Positions 23,084-32,000 of a stretch of DNA of 32,000 nt are shown here, piece after piece; the stretch's first letter is position 1; every line of letters starts with the position of its first letter. The DNA lies in NCBI GenBank assembly GCA_963718915.1, contig CAVRAI010000007.1, positions 90,001 through 122,000 of the forward strand, in the 5' to 3' direction. This DNA is from an uncultured Chloroflexia bacterium. GTDB lineage: Bacteria; Chloroflexota; Ktedonobacteria; Ktedonobacterales; JADMIN01. The position numbers and the translations under genes are program-made. The notes below the pieces were generated by a model. It saw nothing but the letters and a program-made list of their open reading frames with translations, did not search any database and was not told the origin of the DNA.

Positions 23084-24649
23084 ATGGACAATGATCTTGT
23101 CGTCAGCACGTCGTCCGGCAGGTTCTGCGGTCATGTCGAGGGTGGCGTGACCTCGTACCTGGGCATCCCGTATGCGGATCCCCCCATCGGTCCGCTGCGC
23201 TTCCGCGCCCCTCAGCCCTGTCGACCCACGAGCAATGTAGTAGATGCCAACCGCTTTGGAGCCGCAAGCATCCAGACGATCCCACCTCTGGTCACGTGGA
23301 TCTACCCGCCTCAGGATCAGCTCAGCGAGGCCTGCCTGACCCTGAACGTGTGGGCGCCGCAGCATGGCACGCATCTGCCTGTCATCGTCTGGCTGCATGG
23401 GGGAGCCTTCCGGACAGGCGCCACGCGCATGCCGCTGATGAACGGTCGCGCATTCGCGGAGCGCGGCGTCGTTATGGTGACCGTGAACTATCGTCTCGGC
23501 GCGCTGGGCCTGCTCGCGCACCCGGATCTCGCGGATCCCGACACGGGGAGTTGGGCTAACTGGCAGTTGCAGGACATGGGAGCAGCACTGCACTGGGTGC
23601 AGCAGAACATCACCGCGTTTGGAGGCGATCCCGCCCAGGTCTGCGTCATGGGCCAGTCCGGCGGCGCCATGAGCACGGCCATCTTTGCCCAAAATCCTGC
23701 GTATCGTTCGAGCTTTTGTAAGGCGGTGCTGCTGAGCCCGCCCGCAGTGCCACCGCCGGTCAGCATGACGCCAGGCGACGCGGCCGCCTACACGGAACTA
23801 CTGGCCAGTAGCTTGGCGACCATACCTCGCGGGCTCCGCGACGTGTCGGCCAGGACGCTGTACGATGCGGAATTGGCGCTCAACCTGCAGCCGCTGCCCG
23901 CAAGCTTCACGTCTGGCCTGGGCTTTAAGCTCGCGCCGCTCGTCGACGGTATCTCCTATCTCTCCGACTGGACCCGCACCGCCTGGCCCACGGACATCCC
24001 CGTCATCATCACCTACACGTTGGACGAAGGGGCGTTCTTTGTGGATTTGCGGGACCAGACTACGAATGCCATGCTGACACCGCCGCTGCCAGACACTCAT
24101 GCAGCTTTGACGGCGGTGCTGCTCCCCCAGGTGGGCGGCTCGCCCGACGCGGCAGTTGCTGTCATCGACGTCTATACGCAGGTGGCGCTTGCAGAGGGTC
24201 GCAGGGCAGCCCCAGGAGACCTGTGGGTCGACATCTTCGGCGACCGGCTGCTCCGCAATTATGGTACGCGCTATGCCGCGACTCTCACCCAGACGGGTGT
24301 CCAGGTCCGCTACGCTACCTACATGCATCCGGTCAGGGCGCCGGGGCGGAGTGTGCCGCATTGTGCTGATCTACCGATGGTGTTTGGTACCTTTGGGCTT
24401 GACTACTACCGAGACAAGGTAGGCGCAGGCCCTGAGGAGGTAAGGCTTTCCCGTGACATGATCAGCGCGCTGGTGTCGTTTGCACGAGATCCCTCCCCCA
24501 TTGCCGCTGCGGGACAGGAATGGCCTTTGTATCAACCAGGCACGGCCACAACAGTGCGATGGGGCGAAGGAGACACATCAAACATGACGATCGGGCCGAT
24601 CCCAAAGCTGGCGCAGTTGGCGGTGTGGGACCGGATCCTGGGCTATTGA
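23084..24649 (+). CDS. Type-B carboxylesterase (para-nitrobenzyl esterase-like)
   Basis: YLGIPYADPPIGPLRFRAPQP, CLTLNVWAP, VWLHGGAF (oxyanion hole region), and nucleophile elbow VMGQSGGA. ATG 23084 is preferred over the track GTG 23006. Confidence 0.85.
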   Translation: MDNDLVVSTSSGRFCGHVEGGVTSYLGIPYADPPIGPLRFRAPQPCRPTSNVVDANRFGAASIQTIPPLVTWIYPPQDQLSEACLTLNVWAPQHGTHLPVIVWLHGGAFRTGATRMPLMNGRAFAERGVVMVTVNYRLGALGLLAHPDLADPDTGSWANWQLQDMGAALHWVQQNITAFGGDPAQVCVMGQSGGAMSTAIFAQNPAYRSSFCKAVLLSPPAVPPPVSMTPGDAAAYTELLASSLATIPRGLRDVSARTLYDAELALNLQPLPASFTSGLGFKLAPLVDGISYLSDWTRTAWPTDIPVIITYTLDEGAFFVDLRDQTTNAMLTPPLPDTHAALTAVLLPQVGGSPDAAVAVIDVYTQVALAEGRRAAPGDLWVDIFGDRLLRNYGTRYAATLTQTGVQVRYATYMHPVRAPGRSVPHCADLPMVFGTFGLDYYRDKVGAGPEEVRLSRDMISALVSFARDPSPIAAAGQEWPLYQPGTATTVRWGEGDTSNMTIGPIPKLAQLAVWDRILGY

Positions 24650-24665
24650 CAGCGTGTATGGCGCA

Positions 24666-24835
24666 TCATGACGTTGGCCGTCCCAGGCAAGGCGCCAGGA
24701 GTCGGATCATCGCTACCTCGATGAAGGTTTCTCTGGTCTGCGCTTTGCGCTCATAATCCACTGCCAGATGCATGCCCCCCTGCTTAGTTACGACGACGCT
24801 GCGCCACTGGCTATGGCGTATCCAGCGTATATGTC
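24666..24835 (-). mobile_element. Relic of an IS5/IS4-superfamily (DDE) transposase C-terminus
   Basis: The minus-strand translation ...IRWIRHSQWRSVVVTKQGGMHLAVDYERKAQTRETFIEVAMIRLL resembles the conserved C-terminal RW.VER..W....RRL..DYER....SE.FI.LA.IRL block of IS5-family transposases. Locally lower GC. No intact ORF or inverted repeats were identified. Confidence 0.4.
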
Positions 24836-24852
24836 TCTCCCTTCGATGAGCG

Positions 24853-25818
24853 TTAGCGGGCCAGCACATCGGCCAGTGCCAGCATCTCCTGCGTCACCTT
24901 GTTGCAAGGGGCGAGCGCGTCTTCGAGCGGGATTTCGGTGAGCAGCCCCTCCACCAGCCCGATGACCACTCCTGAGCGCCCCGCCAGCAACGCCCGCACA
25001 GCGCCCGCGCCAAACCGGCTGGCGAGCACACGGTCGCGCGCGGTTGGCGAGCCGCCGCGTTGGACGTGGCCAAGCACGCTCAGACGCGCCTCAAATCCGC
25101 TGGGGTGGCTGCCGAGGTAGTCGGCGAGATCGCGGGCGCCGGGATGCGCGCCTTCGGCGACGACGACGATGTAATGGCGCTTGCCACGGGCATAGCTCGC
25201 GCGCACATCCTCAGCCACCACATCCAGATCGACCGGGCGCTCCGGGATCATTGCCAGTTCCGCGCCCGCCGCGATGGCTGCCATCATCGCCAGGTAACCC
25301 GAATTGCGGCCCATCACCTCGACCAGAAAGGCGCGCTGGTGCGAGGTCGCGGTATCCTTGAGCCGATCAATGCACTCGAGCGCCGTGTTGAGGGCGGTAT
25401 CAACGCCAATGGTCGCCTCGGTCACCGCGAGATCGTTATCGATGGTGGAGGCGACTCCCACCACTGGGAAACCCAGTTGATGCAGCGCCAGAGCGCCCTG
25501 CTGCGAACCGTTGCCGCCGATGACCACCAGCCCATCAATGCCCGCGGCGTTCAGCCGGGTAGCCGCCTCCTCCTGCGTTTCGCGCTCGCAAAACTGGGGG
25601 AAGCGGGTCGAGCCGAGGATGGTACCGCCACGCTGGAGTATTCCGGCGACGGACCGGCTATCAAGTGGCTCAAAGCGGTTCGCGAGCAGCCCGGCGAACC
25701 CGTCACGGATGCCGGTCACCTCGACCTGTTCCGCCGCTGCCGTCCGCACCAGCGCGCGCACCGCCGCGTTCATGCCGGGCGCGTCACCACCACTGGTCGC
25801 GACCGCGATGCGCTTCAT
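24853..25818 (-). CDS. pfkA: ATP-dependent 6-phosphofructokinase
   Basis: MKRIAVATSGGDAPGMNAAVRALVR, GIDGLVVIGGNGS, TIDNDL, VEVMGRNSGYLA, LGHVQRGG. ATG 25818 is preceded by AAAGGAGTGGAAGG. Confidence 0.9.
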   Translation of the reverse strand: MKRIAVATSGGDAPGMNAAVRALVRTAAAEQVEVTGIRDGFAGLLANRFEPLDSRSVAGILQRGGTILGSTRFPQFCERETQEEAATRLNAAGIDGLVVIGGNGSQQGALALHQLGFPVVGVASTIDNDLAVTEATIGVDTALNTALECIDRLKDTATSHQRAFLVEVMGRNSGYLAMMAAIAAGAELAMIPERPVDLDVVAEDVRASYARGKRHYIVVVAEGAHPGARDLADYLGSHPSGFEARLSVLGHVQRGGSPTARDRVLASRFGAGAVRALLAGRSGVVIGLVEGLLTEIPLEDALAPCNKVTQEMLALADVLAR

Positions 25819-25842
25819 GCCTTCCACTCCTTTCGCGGTCGC

Positions 25843-26931
25843 TTATCGTCGCTTGGCCTCCCAGGCTGGTCCCTCGGTGGCGCGCGCTTCGTCGAGCAGC
25901 CGCTGGAAGCTGGCGTAGCGTTCCGGCGTCATACGCCCCTCGATGAGCACCGCCCGCAGCGCGCAGCCCTCCTCCTCGATACTGTGGGTGCAGTCCTCAT
26001 ACTCGCAGTTGCCCGCCGCATCGCGTAGCTCAACAAAGCAGGCAGGCAATTCTTCCGATGGCGCCTGCCAGAGCGCTAACTCGCGAATCCCGGCGGAATC
26101 GGCCAGCCATCCGCCCTCTGGCAGCGGCAAGAGGCGCACGCCCGTCGTCGTATGGCGGCCTTTTCCGGTCGCCGTGCTGATCTCGCCCGTCCGCTGGCGC
26201 GCATCGGGAAGGAGGGTATTCATCAGCGACGACTTGCCGACGCCTGATGGCCCGGTCAGGAGCGAGATACGCCCCGCAAGCTGCTGGCGAAGCGCGTCCA
26301 GCCCGTCGCCGGTCGTCGCGCTAGTGCGTAACACCGGGTATCCCAGCGCGCGATAGGTCTTTTCCGCCCTGGCGACATCCTCCGGCTCGCCCAGGTCGTC
26401 TTTGTTCAGGCAGATAAGCGCGGGGACGTGGGCATGCTCGCAGAGGGCAAGATAGCGGTCCAGCAGGCCAAAGTGAGGCGATGGTTCGCGCATGGCAAAG
26501 ACCAGCGCCGCCTGATCGGGGTTCGCCAGCAACACCTGCTCGGTGCCGACCTCTGGGCGGGCGCGGGCCAGCACGGCATGGCGCGGGATGATCTCTTCGA
26601 TGACACCCTCGCCGTTGCCCAGCGGCGTGAATCGCACCCGGTCGCCGGGGGCAACCCGCGTCGGCGCCTCGACTGGTCGCTCATCGGCGGGGATGGGTCC
26701 TGATGCGGGTGGCTGGTGGGGAGATTGCTGCTGGCGTGATGCGGGCCGTGGCGGACGCGATTTGCGCAGCCGACCACGTAACATGCAGAGCCACGATGCG
26801 CCGTCCACAGTGACGACCTCGAAGACATTCGGCGCAAGCGCGACGACCAGCCCCTCCCGCGTGGATGCCGCGCGGCCGTTCTCCTGCTGGAGCGGCGCGG
26901 TATCATGTTCGGGAAGGGGGTCGTTGGCCAT
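25843..26931 (-). CDS. rsgA: Ribosome small-subunit-dependent GTPase A (YjeQ)
   Basis: Circularly permuted GTPase motifs: LNKDDL (G4) precedes LLTGPSGVGKSSLMN (G1). GRHTTT, and C-terminal zinc motif CEYEDCTHSIEEEGCAL. AGGAG before ATG 26931. Its stop lies 15 nt upstream of pfkA. Confidence 0.9.
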   Translation of the reverse strand: MANDPLPEHDTAPLQQENGRAASTREGLVVALAPNVFEVVTVDGASWLCMLRGRLRKSRPPRPASRQQQSPHQPPASGPIPADERPVEAPTRVAPGDRVRFTPLGNGEGVIEEIIPRHAVLARARPEVGTEQVLLANPDQAALVFAMREPSPHFGLLDRYLALCEHAHVPALICLNKDDLGEPEDVARAEKTYRALGYPVLRTSATTGDGLDALRQQLAGRISLLTGPSGVGKSSLMNTLLPDARQRTGEISTATGKGRHTTTGVRLLPLPEGGWLADSAGIRELALWQAPSEELPACFVELRDAAGNCEYEDCTHSIEEEGCALRAVLIEGRMTPERYASFQRLLDEARATEGPAWEAKRR

Positions 26932-27064
26932 GCATGCTCCTGTGTCGATTGTATTTGTCTATCAATTCACACTGTTGAGCAGCGTATCCCGCCTGGGTGT
27001 CCCGCGTCAAGGCGCTCTATGCATGCCAGCGAATGGCAGAGTCATGCAGACGGGGCGCTACTGG

Positions 27065-27595
27065 TCAGTAGTGGGGAAACCTTTGCACAATGAGTGACCC
27101 CAGGCCAACGCCGATCCGTCCAGTGAACCAGACCAGCGCTAAAAGAAGGGTGCCAAAGGCGCCGAAACATGGCGGGACATCAGAATTCAGGACTCCGCTG
27201 CTTGACGGTACCAGCGGATGTGGTCCGGTCGATATGGCAATGGCGCTCGCCGCCACATAGATCCCCGCGCAAATTGCTCCCGCGATCAGCGTAGTGGCAA
27301 CGCCTGTGCGTGACGTGAGAGTTGTTACTACAGCCAGTGTCGCCGCAATAGATAGCAGGATCGCAATAACACCAAGCGCCTCAAACGCGGTTCCGACAAA
27401 ATTCCACTCGCCTCCTCGTACGAGATTTGTGGCATCCCTGAATCCGGTGTAGCCCGGTGGAAACCGCTTATCAAATGCCACGATTTGCGCCTCATAATCG
27501 CGTACCACGGCGATGACCTGCACGACGCCAACACCACCAGCCAACACGCCGAATATGCCACCATAGCCTACCTGCGCCCAATTGCGAAAGGGCAT
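27065..27595 (-). CDS. Hypothetical integral membrane protein (about 4 TM)
   Basis: ATG 27595 is preceded by the strong RBS AAGGAGAGGAG. Hydrophobic segments include GGIFGVLAGGVGVVQVIAVV, ALGVIAILLSIAATLAVVTTL, TTLIAGAICAGIYVAASAIAI and FGAFGTLLLALVWF. Confidence 0.6.
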   Translation of the reverse strand: MPFRNWAQVGYGGIFGVLAGGVGVVQVIAVVRDYEAQIVAFDKRFPPGYTGFRDATNLVRGGEWNFVGTAFEALGVIAILLSIAATLAVVTTLTSRTGVATTLIAGAICAGIYVAASAIAISTGPHPLVPSSSGVLNSDVPPCFGAFGTLLLALVWFTGRIGVGLGSLIVQRFPHY

Positions 27596-27717
27596 GGACA
27601 AACTCCTCTCCTTGCTACCTGCCAATGGCATACAGCTTGCCAGATATACGTTTTGCGCATGACCGTTCTCACGCAGCGCGCGGTGTGAGCCACATGGAAC
27701 GGGCATCTGTCCTGCCC

Positions 27718-27746
27718 TTGCAGTAGGCACGAGCCGGGGCTATGAT
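27718..27746 (+). promoter_or_regulatory. Putative promoter TTGCAG-17 nt-TATGAT upstream of the Ppx/GppA-family gene
   Basis: TTGCAG 27718-27723, 17-nt spacer, TATGAT 27741-27746. The ATG lies about 48 nt downstream. Confidence 0.4.
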
Positions 27747-27793
27747 ACGGCGTGCCTTTATGAAACAAGTTGCATACTCGGGGGATAGAGACT

Positions 27794-28828
27794 ATGGAAT
27801 ACACTCCTCTTGCCGCGGTGGATGTCGGCAGCAATACGATTCATCTGGTGGTTGCGCATCCGACGGAGGATGGCGGCGACCTCATCACGCTGGCCGACGA
27901 GCTGGATCTGACGCGGCTCGGTGCGGATGTCTCGGCGACTGGCGCCATCGGGCCGGAACGCACAGCGCGCGCCATGACGATCTTGCGCGAGTACGCGGAG
28001 GAGGCGCGGTCACTTGGCGCGAAGGAGTTGCTGGCCATCGCCACCGAGGGGGTGCGCGCAGCCGCCAACGCCGACGACTTTCTGGCGCGAGTGCGCGAAG
28101 AGACGGGCATCACGCTAGACGTCGTCAGTGGCGATCAGGAGGCCGCGCTCACCTACTGGGGCGCAACCAGTGGGTTGCCCGCCACAACCGAACGCCGGGC
28201 GGTGCTCGACCTCGGCGGCGGTAGCATGGAGGTGGTTATCGGCGAGGGGACGCGCATTCAGTGGCGTAGCTCGCTCCCCCTTGGCTCCGGCGCGATGCAC
28301 GCCCGTTATGCGCCATCCGATCCGCCGCGAGCCGCCGAACTGGATCAGGTGCGCGCGGTGACGGTCGAGCAGCTTGCCGCCTTGAGTGCGCCGATCCCGG
28401 TTGCGCGGGTCATTGCCTGTGGTGGCACCGCGACGACGCTCACCATGCTTGCCATCCGCGCGCTGCATATCCCTGAGCCGGAGGATCTGGCCGCTGGCGA
28501 GGTAGCGCCACCACTCGATGTGCTCAACGCGCCAAACGCGGATGGCATGCGGCTTGGGCTGCTCACTCGCGATCAGTTGGACGCGCTGGCATTGCTACTG
28601 GTGGCGACACCCGCCGCGCAACTGACAGAACGGTATGGCATTCCCCTGGCGCGGGCGGTGATACTCGGCGCGGGCGCGGCAGTGTTGCGGGCGGCGGTGG
28701 AGCAGCTTGGCGCGGACACGCTCTCGATCAGTCGTCGCGGTGTGCGTGAGGGGGCAATTCTGGCGCGGCTCCACGCGGGCGACGCCTGGCTGGACGCCGC
28801 CACAATCGGCGCGGGGTGGGAGGATTAA
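27794..28828 (+). CDS. Ppx/GppA-family phosphatase (exopolyphosphatase / guanosine pentaphosphate phosphohydrolase)
   Basis: ASKHA-fold motifs AAVDVGSNTIHLVVA, ATEGVRAAANA, VLDLGGGSMEVV, IACGGTATTL. ATG 27794 is preferred over the track start 27770. Confidence 0.85.
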   Translation: MEYTPLAAVDVGSNTIHLVVAHPTEDGGDLITLADELDLTRLGADVSATGAIGPERTARAMTILREYAEEARSLGAKELLAIATEGVRAAANADDFLARVREETGITLDVVSGDQEAALTYWGATSGLPATTERRAVLDLGGGSMEVVIGEGTRIQWRSSLPLGSGAMHARYAPSDPPRAAELDQVRAVTVEQLAALSAPIPVARVIACGGTATTLTMLAIRALHIPEPEDLAAGEVAPPLDVLNAPNADGMRLGLLTRDQLDALALLLVATPAAQLTERYGIPLARAVILGAGAAVLRAAVEQLGADTLSISRRGVREGAILARLHAGDAWLDAATIGAGWED

Positions 28829-28932
28829 CTATCTCTACTCTGTGGCGCAAATGTCGCGGCTAATCCCAGTCGTTCGGGGCTCGTACTGACGGTGACAGCA
28901 GTGACAGCGGCCAAGTGCGTTAGACCAGGAGT

Positions 28933-28957
28933 AGCCGTAGGACTTCAGCCTACGGCT
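28933..28957. terminator. 9-bp hairpin agccgtagg-acttcag-cctacggct between convergent genes
   Basis: Read directly. Lies between the Ppx-family gene stop (28828) and the L,D-transpeptidase stop (29017). Confidence 0.45.
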
Positions 28958-29016
28958 TGTATTCCCCAAGCATGCGTGGTTTTTAGTCGTGATGCCTCGC
29001 CTCAATCGCCAACTGC

Positions 29017-30693
29017 CTAATACACCACAATCGGCGTGCCGATTGGCGTCCAGTCGTAGAGATACGCCATGTTGTTCTCCGGCAGATTGATGCAGCCGTG
29101 CGAGCCGCCATTGAACGCGGCGGGATCCCAGTGAGGCAGGTTTGTGTCAGGCCCGAACTCGGCGCGCCACCAGGCATCGTGGAGGAAGAACCCGTTGGGC
29201 GCGTAGGCGATGGCATAGTTGATCGGCGTTGGTGCGTACCAGAACGGCGACCCCTTCGGCTCTGGCGAGGTAAACTCGGTGTGGTAGAGCTTGTAGGTCG
29301 CGTAGTGCAGGCCCGGCCATGAAGGAAGCTCCTCACGACCCGTCGTCACGTAGGACCACCAGACCATCTGGCCATTGTCGTAGGCGCGGAGCGTCTGTTC
29401 GCGCAGCGAGACCACGATCACCTTGCCGGTCAGATGGTAGGCCGTATTGATGAGCCACAAATCAGAGGCGTGCGGCTGTGAATGCGGCGTGTTGTCTGAC
29501 AGGTTATCCTTGAGCGCGCGAAGATTCGTCGCCAGATTATTGATCTCGTCGTCCGCGTTCTGATATGACTCCAGGTTATTGGCCGCATACAGGTTATCAT
29601 GCGCGTCGCCGATGCCCACCCATGGGTTCGAATACTCGTAGTCCGCGGAATAGGTGCTGCCATCCCACTTGCTGGTCAGCTGGATACTCGCGACCGAGTT
29701 GACCAGCTTCTGGAGTTGCGCGTAATCGCTAAAGGCCTTCGCCTTGAGCAGCGGCAACGACATCGCGTCGATCTGCTTGTTGATGGCCTGGCCAAGCTCG
29801 AGGTAATCGGTCGTGCTCTTCGCCGCCTTCAGCTGAGCCACATCCTCGTCGTGCTGCTGCTGGAAAGTCGTCGTTTCCTGGCCGTAGGTCTTGAGCAGGT
29901 CAATGCGCGCCTGGAAAGAGTCGAGCAGAGCAGCGCCGATATATGGGGTCGCTTCGGCCTGGTCGGCCATCAACTGGACGATCTGGCCGTCGATCACCTC
30001 AACCAATTTGGCGTAGCGATCGCCGGGCAGGCCAGCGCGAATCGCGTCGAGATTCTGCTGATACTCGATCTGCCCCATCGCGGAGTTCATCCCGGCGTTC
30101 TGCAGCGTGCGCAGAATCATCTGGAAGTCCTGGAGCTTCTGGTAGGCTGGCCAGAGCGCGTGCAGCGCCGCCGTCTGCTGCTGCGCGGTCGTGTCTACTC
30201 TGGCATAGTCGCCCACCGTCTTCGCGACGTTAAAGTCCTGCACCGCCTGGTCGAGCCGCGCCTGATAGATATCGATCTCGCTAAAGCCCTCGCCGCGTAG
30301 TTGCGTGACCGCCTTCGCGAAGGCCTGGATGTCGTCGTTGGCCTGTGTCTGCAGGGTCTGCTGGGCGTTCTGCTCCATACCGACCAGTTGATTGTAGAGC
30401 AGTGTGTAGTTCGCCGCGGCATCCTGGTAGTTATAGTTGAAGCCGCCCTCACCGGACGAAATCTTGGTTTCTTGCGAGACGATGGGTTGCAGCATGGAAT
30501 CTGGCAGGCCAAGGGTCGTGCGCGCGTGCCGCAACTCGCCATCGAGGCGCGCCTTGTTCTGCTGCGCCGCCTCCTGGCTAGGGTCGCTGCCACAGGCCGC
30601 CAGCGTCATGCAGACCACAACAACAATCAGCAGCGCCATGACCCAGCGGGGTGTTCGGCGGGGCAGTGTATTCACAGACAGGCGTCCAAACAT
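29017..30693 (-). CDS. L,D-transpeptidase (YkuD-domain) lipoprotein with a long helical Gln-rich N-terminal region
   Basis: The C-terminus ...HDAWWRAEFGPDTNLPHWDPAAFNGGSHGCINLPENNMAYLYDW has the YkuD catalytic H...GC motif. Signal and lipobox VVVVCMTLAAC/GSD. ATG 30693 is preceded by GAGGAGG. Confidence 0.85.
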   Translation of the reverse strand: MFGRLSVNTLPRRTPRWVMALLIVVVVCMTLAACGSDPSQEAAQQNKARLDGELRHARTTLGLPDSMLQPIVSQETKISSGEGGFNYNYQDAAANYTLLYNQLVGMEQNAQQTLQTQANDDIQAFAKAVTQLRGEGFSEIDIYQARLDQAVQDFNVAKTVGDYARVDTTAQQQTAALHALWPAYQKLQDFQMILRTLQNAGMNSAMGQIEYQQNLDAIRAGLPGDRYAKLVEVIDGQIVQLMADQAEATPYIGAALLDSFQARIDLLKTYGQETTTFQQQHDEDVAQLKAAKSTTDYLELGQAINKQIDAMSLPLLKAKAFSDYAQLQKLVNSVASIQLTSKWDGSTYSADYEYSNPWVGIGDAHDNLYAANNLESYQNADDEINNLATNLRALKDNLSDNTPHSQPHASDLWLINTAYHLTGKVIVVSLREQTLRAYDNGQMVWWSYVTTGREELPSWPGLHYATYKLYHTEFTSPEPKGSPFWYAPTPINYAIAYAPNGFFLHDAWWRAEFGPDTNLPHWDPAAFNGGSHGCINLPENNMAYLYDWTPIGTPIVVY

Positions 30694-31040
30694 GCTTGAC
30701 CGAACCTCCTCGCGCCACACCGCGGAGTCACAACGAAGCGCGCATCATGCACCGGCATTGGCGCGACGGAGACTCTCCTCATCCGCTTAACCGAATAAAC
30801 GTACAGAGTAGCCCTGGGGAACATCAATCGCTCGTGAGTACTGTGGAATCGCGCCTTCAAGAGTCGCGCGTGAGCGTGCGCTCAGGAAACAGGAAGCCGC
30901 CCAGTTCACTCCTGAACATAAGAGTAACCTGGCGGCAACTTCCGTTTCCATAGTATGAGACGAAGCGGCTATCTGCTTCTGTGCTGGGGGCGGCCGAAAA
31001 GGGATACGAAGGGATGTAATGGAACGTCACGGCGCTGAAG

Positions 31041-31215
31041 GCGGGCGGTTAAAACCGCGCCTGAATGGCCTGCGGCCACGAAGTCCGCCTGCGCGGACTC
31101 GCCAGACAGCGTCTCGTGGATCGCACCCAGCCACGGGCGACTGTTTGAACCTGCGCAGGCAGGTTTCGCGGCGGAGCGGAGCGAGGCCATATAGGCGCGA
31201 CTTCAGTCGCCAGCC
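31041..31215 (-). repeat. Copy C of the multi-hairpin dispersed repeat (inverted relative to copy A)
   Basis: The reverse complement begins ggctggcgactgaagtcgcgcc and ends agtccgcgcaggcggacttcgtggccgcaggccattcaggcgcggttttaaccgcccgc (57/59 identical to copy A). It ends 4 nt from the ffh stop. Confidence 0.85.
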
Positions 31216-31218
31216 GTC

Positions 31219-32000
31219 CTACCGGCCGAACGGGCTACCTCCGCCTAGCCCACCCAGTCCGCCCAGACCACCACCAAGGCTGCCTAATCGCCCTCTGCGG
31301 CCTTTTCTGCCAGGCTGCTGCATCCCCATCACCTGCTTCATCATCGTCTGCGCCTGTTTGAATGAGGCGAGCAACTGGTTGATCTCCTGCGGGGTCGTGC
31401 CGCTACCCTTCGCGATGCGCCGCTTGCGGCTGCCGTTGAGGATTTCGGGGTTGTGGCGCTCCTCCATCGTCATCGAGAGGATGATCGCCTCGGTCTGCTT
31501 CATCTGGTCGCCTTCCAGCGCGGCCTTGACCTGCGGATCGCTGAGCGCTTTGCCCATGCCGGGGATCATTTCGAGCAACTGCGCCATCGGCCCCATCTTG
31601 CGCATACTGCGCATCTGCTGCAGGAAGTCTTCGAGGTCGAACCGGCCTGTGCCCATCTTGCGGGCCATCTTCTCGGCCTGCTTCTCGTCGATCTGCTCGC
31701 GGGCGCGCTCGATCAGCGACATCACATCGCCCATGCCCAGAATGCGCTGTGCCAGCCGGTCGGGGTAGAACTGCTCCAGCGCGTCGAGCTTCTCGCCTGT
31801 GCCCATGAACTTGATCGGCACGCCGGTCACCTGGCGCACAGAAAGCGCCGCGCCACCACGGGCGTCGCCATCCATCTTGGTCAGGATGAGGCCGGTCAGC
31901 CCGACGGTCTTGTTGAACTCGTCGGCCACGCGCACGGCGTCCTGTCCGGTCATCGCATCCACCACCAGCAGCACTTCCTGCGGCTGGGTGCGTTGGCGGA
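31219..32000 (-). CDS. ffh: Signal recognition particle protein Ffh, C-terminal part (G-domain end + M domain); the 5' end lies beyond the window
   Basis: LLVVDAMTGQDA, LTKMDGDARGGAALS, the Met-rich M domain (MRSMRKMGPMAQLLEMIPGMG) and a Gly-rich tail. The frame stays open upstream of the track start to position 32000 (...RQRTQPQEVLLVV). Confidence 0.95.
   Translation of the reverse strand, partial: RQRTQPQEVLLVVDAMTGQDAVRVADEFNKTVGLTGLILTKMDGDARGGAALSVRQVTGVPIKFMGTGEKLDALEQFYPDRLAQRILGMGDVMSLIERAREQIDEKQAEKMARKMGTGRFDLEDFLQQMRSMRKMGPMAQLLEMIPGMGKALSDPQVKAALEGDQMKQTEAIILSMTMEERHNPEILNGSRKRRIAKGSGTTPQEINQLLASFKQAQTMMKQVMGMQQPGRKGRRGRLGSLGGGLGGLGGLGGGSPFGR

Noticed and set aside
30721-31040. 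Possible riboswitch (for example cyclic-di-AMP/ydaO-type) in the ~300-nt leader upstream of the L,D-transpeptidase gene, and the palindrome TGAGCGtgCGCTCA at 30871-30884.
   Set aside because: I could not recognise any riboswitch consensus blocks by eye, and the palindrome is short. Neither is supportable without an Rfam scan.
1-32000. tRNA, rRNA, tmRNA, RNase P or SRP RNA genes and CRISPR arrays in the intergenic regions.
   Set aside because: I scanned all gaps over 100 bp. I found no T-arm-like GGTTCGAATCC-type blocks, no conserved RNase P, SRP or tmRNA signatures, and no regularly spaced direct repeats.

Overview
High-GC (about 65% by eye), densely coding bacterial chromosomal window with GGAGG-type Shine-Dalgarno sites. 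The gene content (ECF sigma with a GerMN membrane partner, Ser/Thr kinase-TPR, NACHT-HEAT and HTH-NB-ARC STAND proteins, Tat and lipoprotein signals, an apparently leaderless prfB) suggests a Chloroflexota- or Actinomycetota-like terrabacterium; I cannot verify this without a search. Housekeeping genes are prfB (its programmed +1 frameshift is missed by the ORF track), pfkA, rsgA, ffh (partial), a Ppx/GppA-family phosphatase and bcp. Accessory content includes a long minus-strand run (NarL-type response regulator, bcp, 601-aa membrane protein, ECF sigma, GerMN anti-sigma-like protein, MBL hydrolase), a DinB plus flavoprotein disulfide reductase pair, an SDR, a type-B carboxylesterase and an L,D-transpeptidase lipoprotein. 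Signals worth a second look: (1) a translationally coupled Ser/Thr-kinase-TPR / 2TM-NACHT-HEAT pair whose HEAT tail is broken by at least 6 frame changes. (2) A roughly 180-nt multi-hairpin intergenic repeat in three copies with compensatory stem substitutions. (3) A near-consensus minus-strand promoter with a perfect AGAAC-N4-GTTCT (LexA/Cheo-type) palindrome in its spacer, pointing into an unannotated structured region. (4) A 1-nt frameshift in a His-codon repeat at the 5' end of the anti-sigma-like gene. (5) A single in-frame TGA in a Tat-signal protein gene. (6) A PrmC/HemK-like protein lacking the NPPY motif. No rRNA, tRNA or CRISPR array was seen. Many long ORFs in the track are antisense shadow ORFs typical of high-GC DNA.
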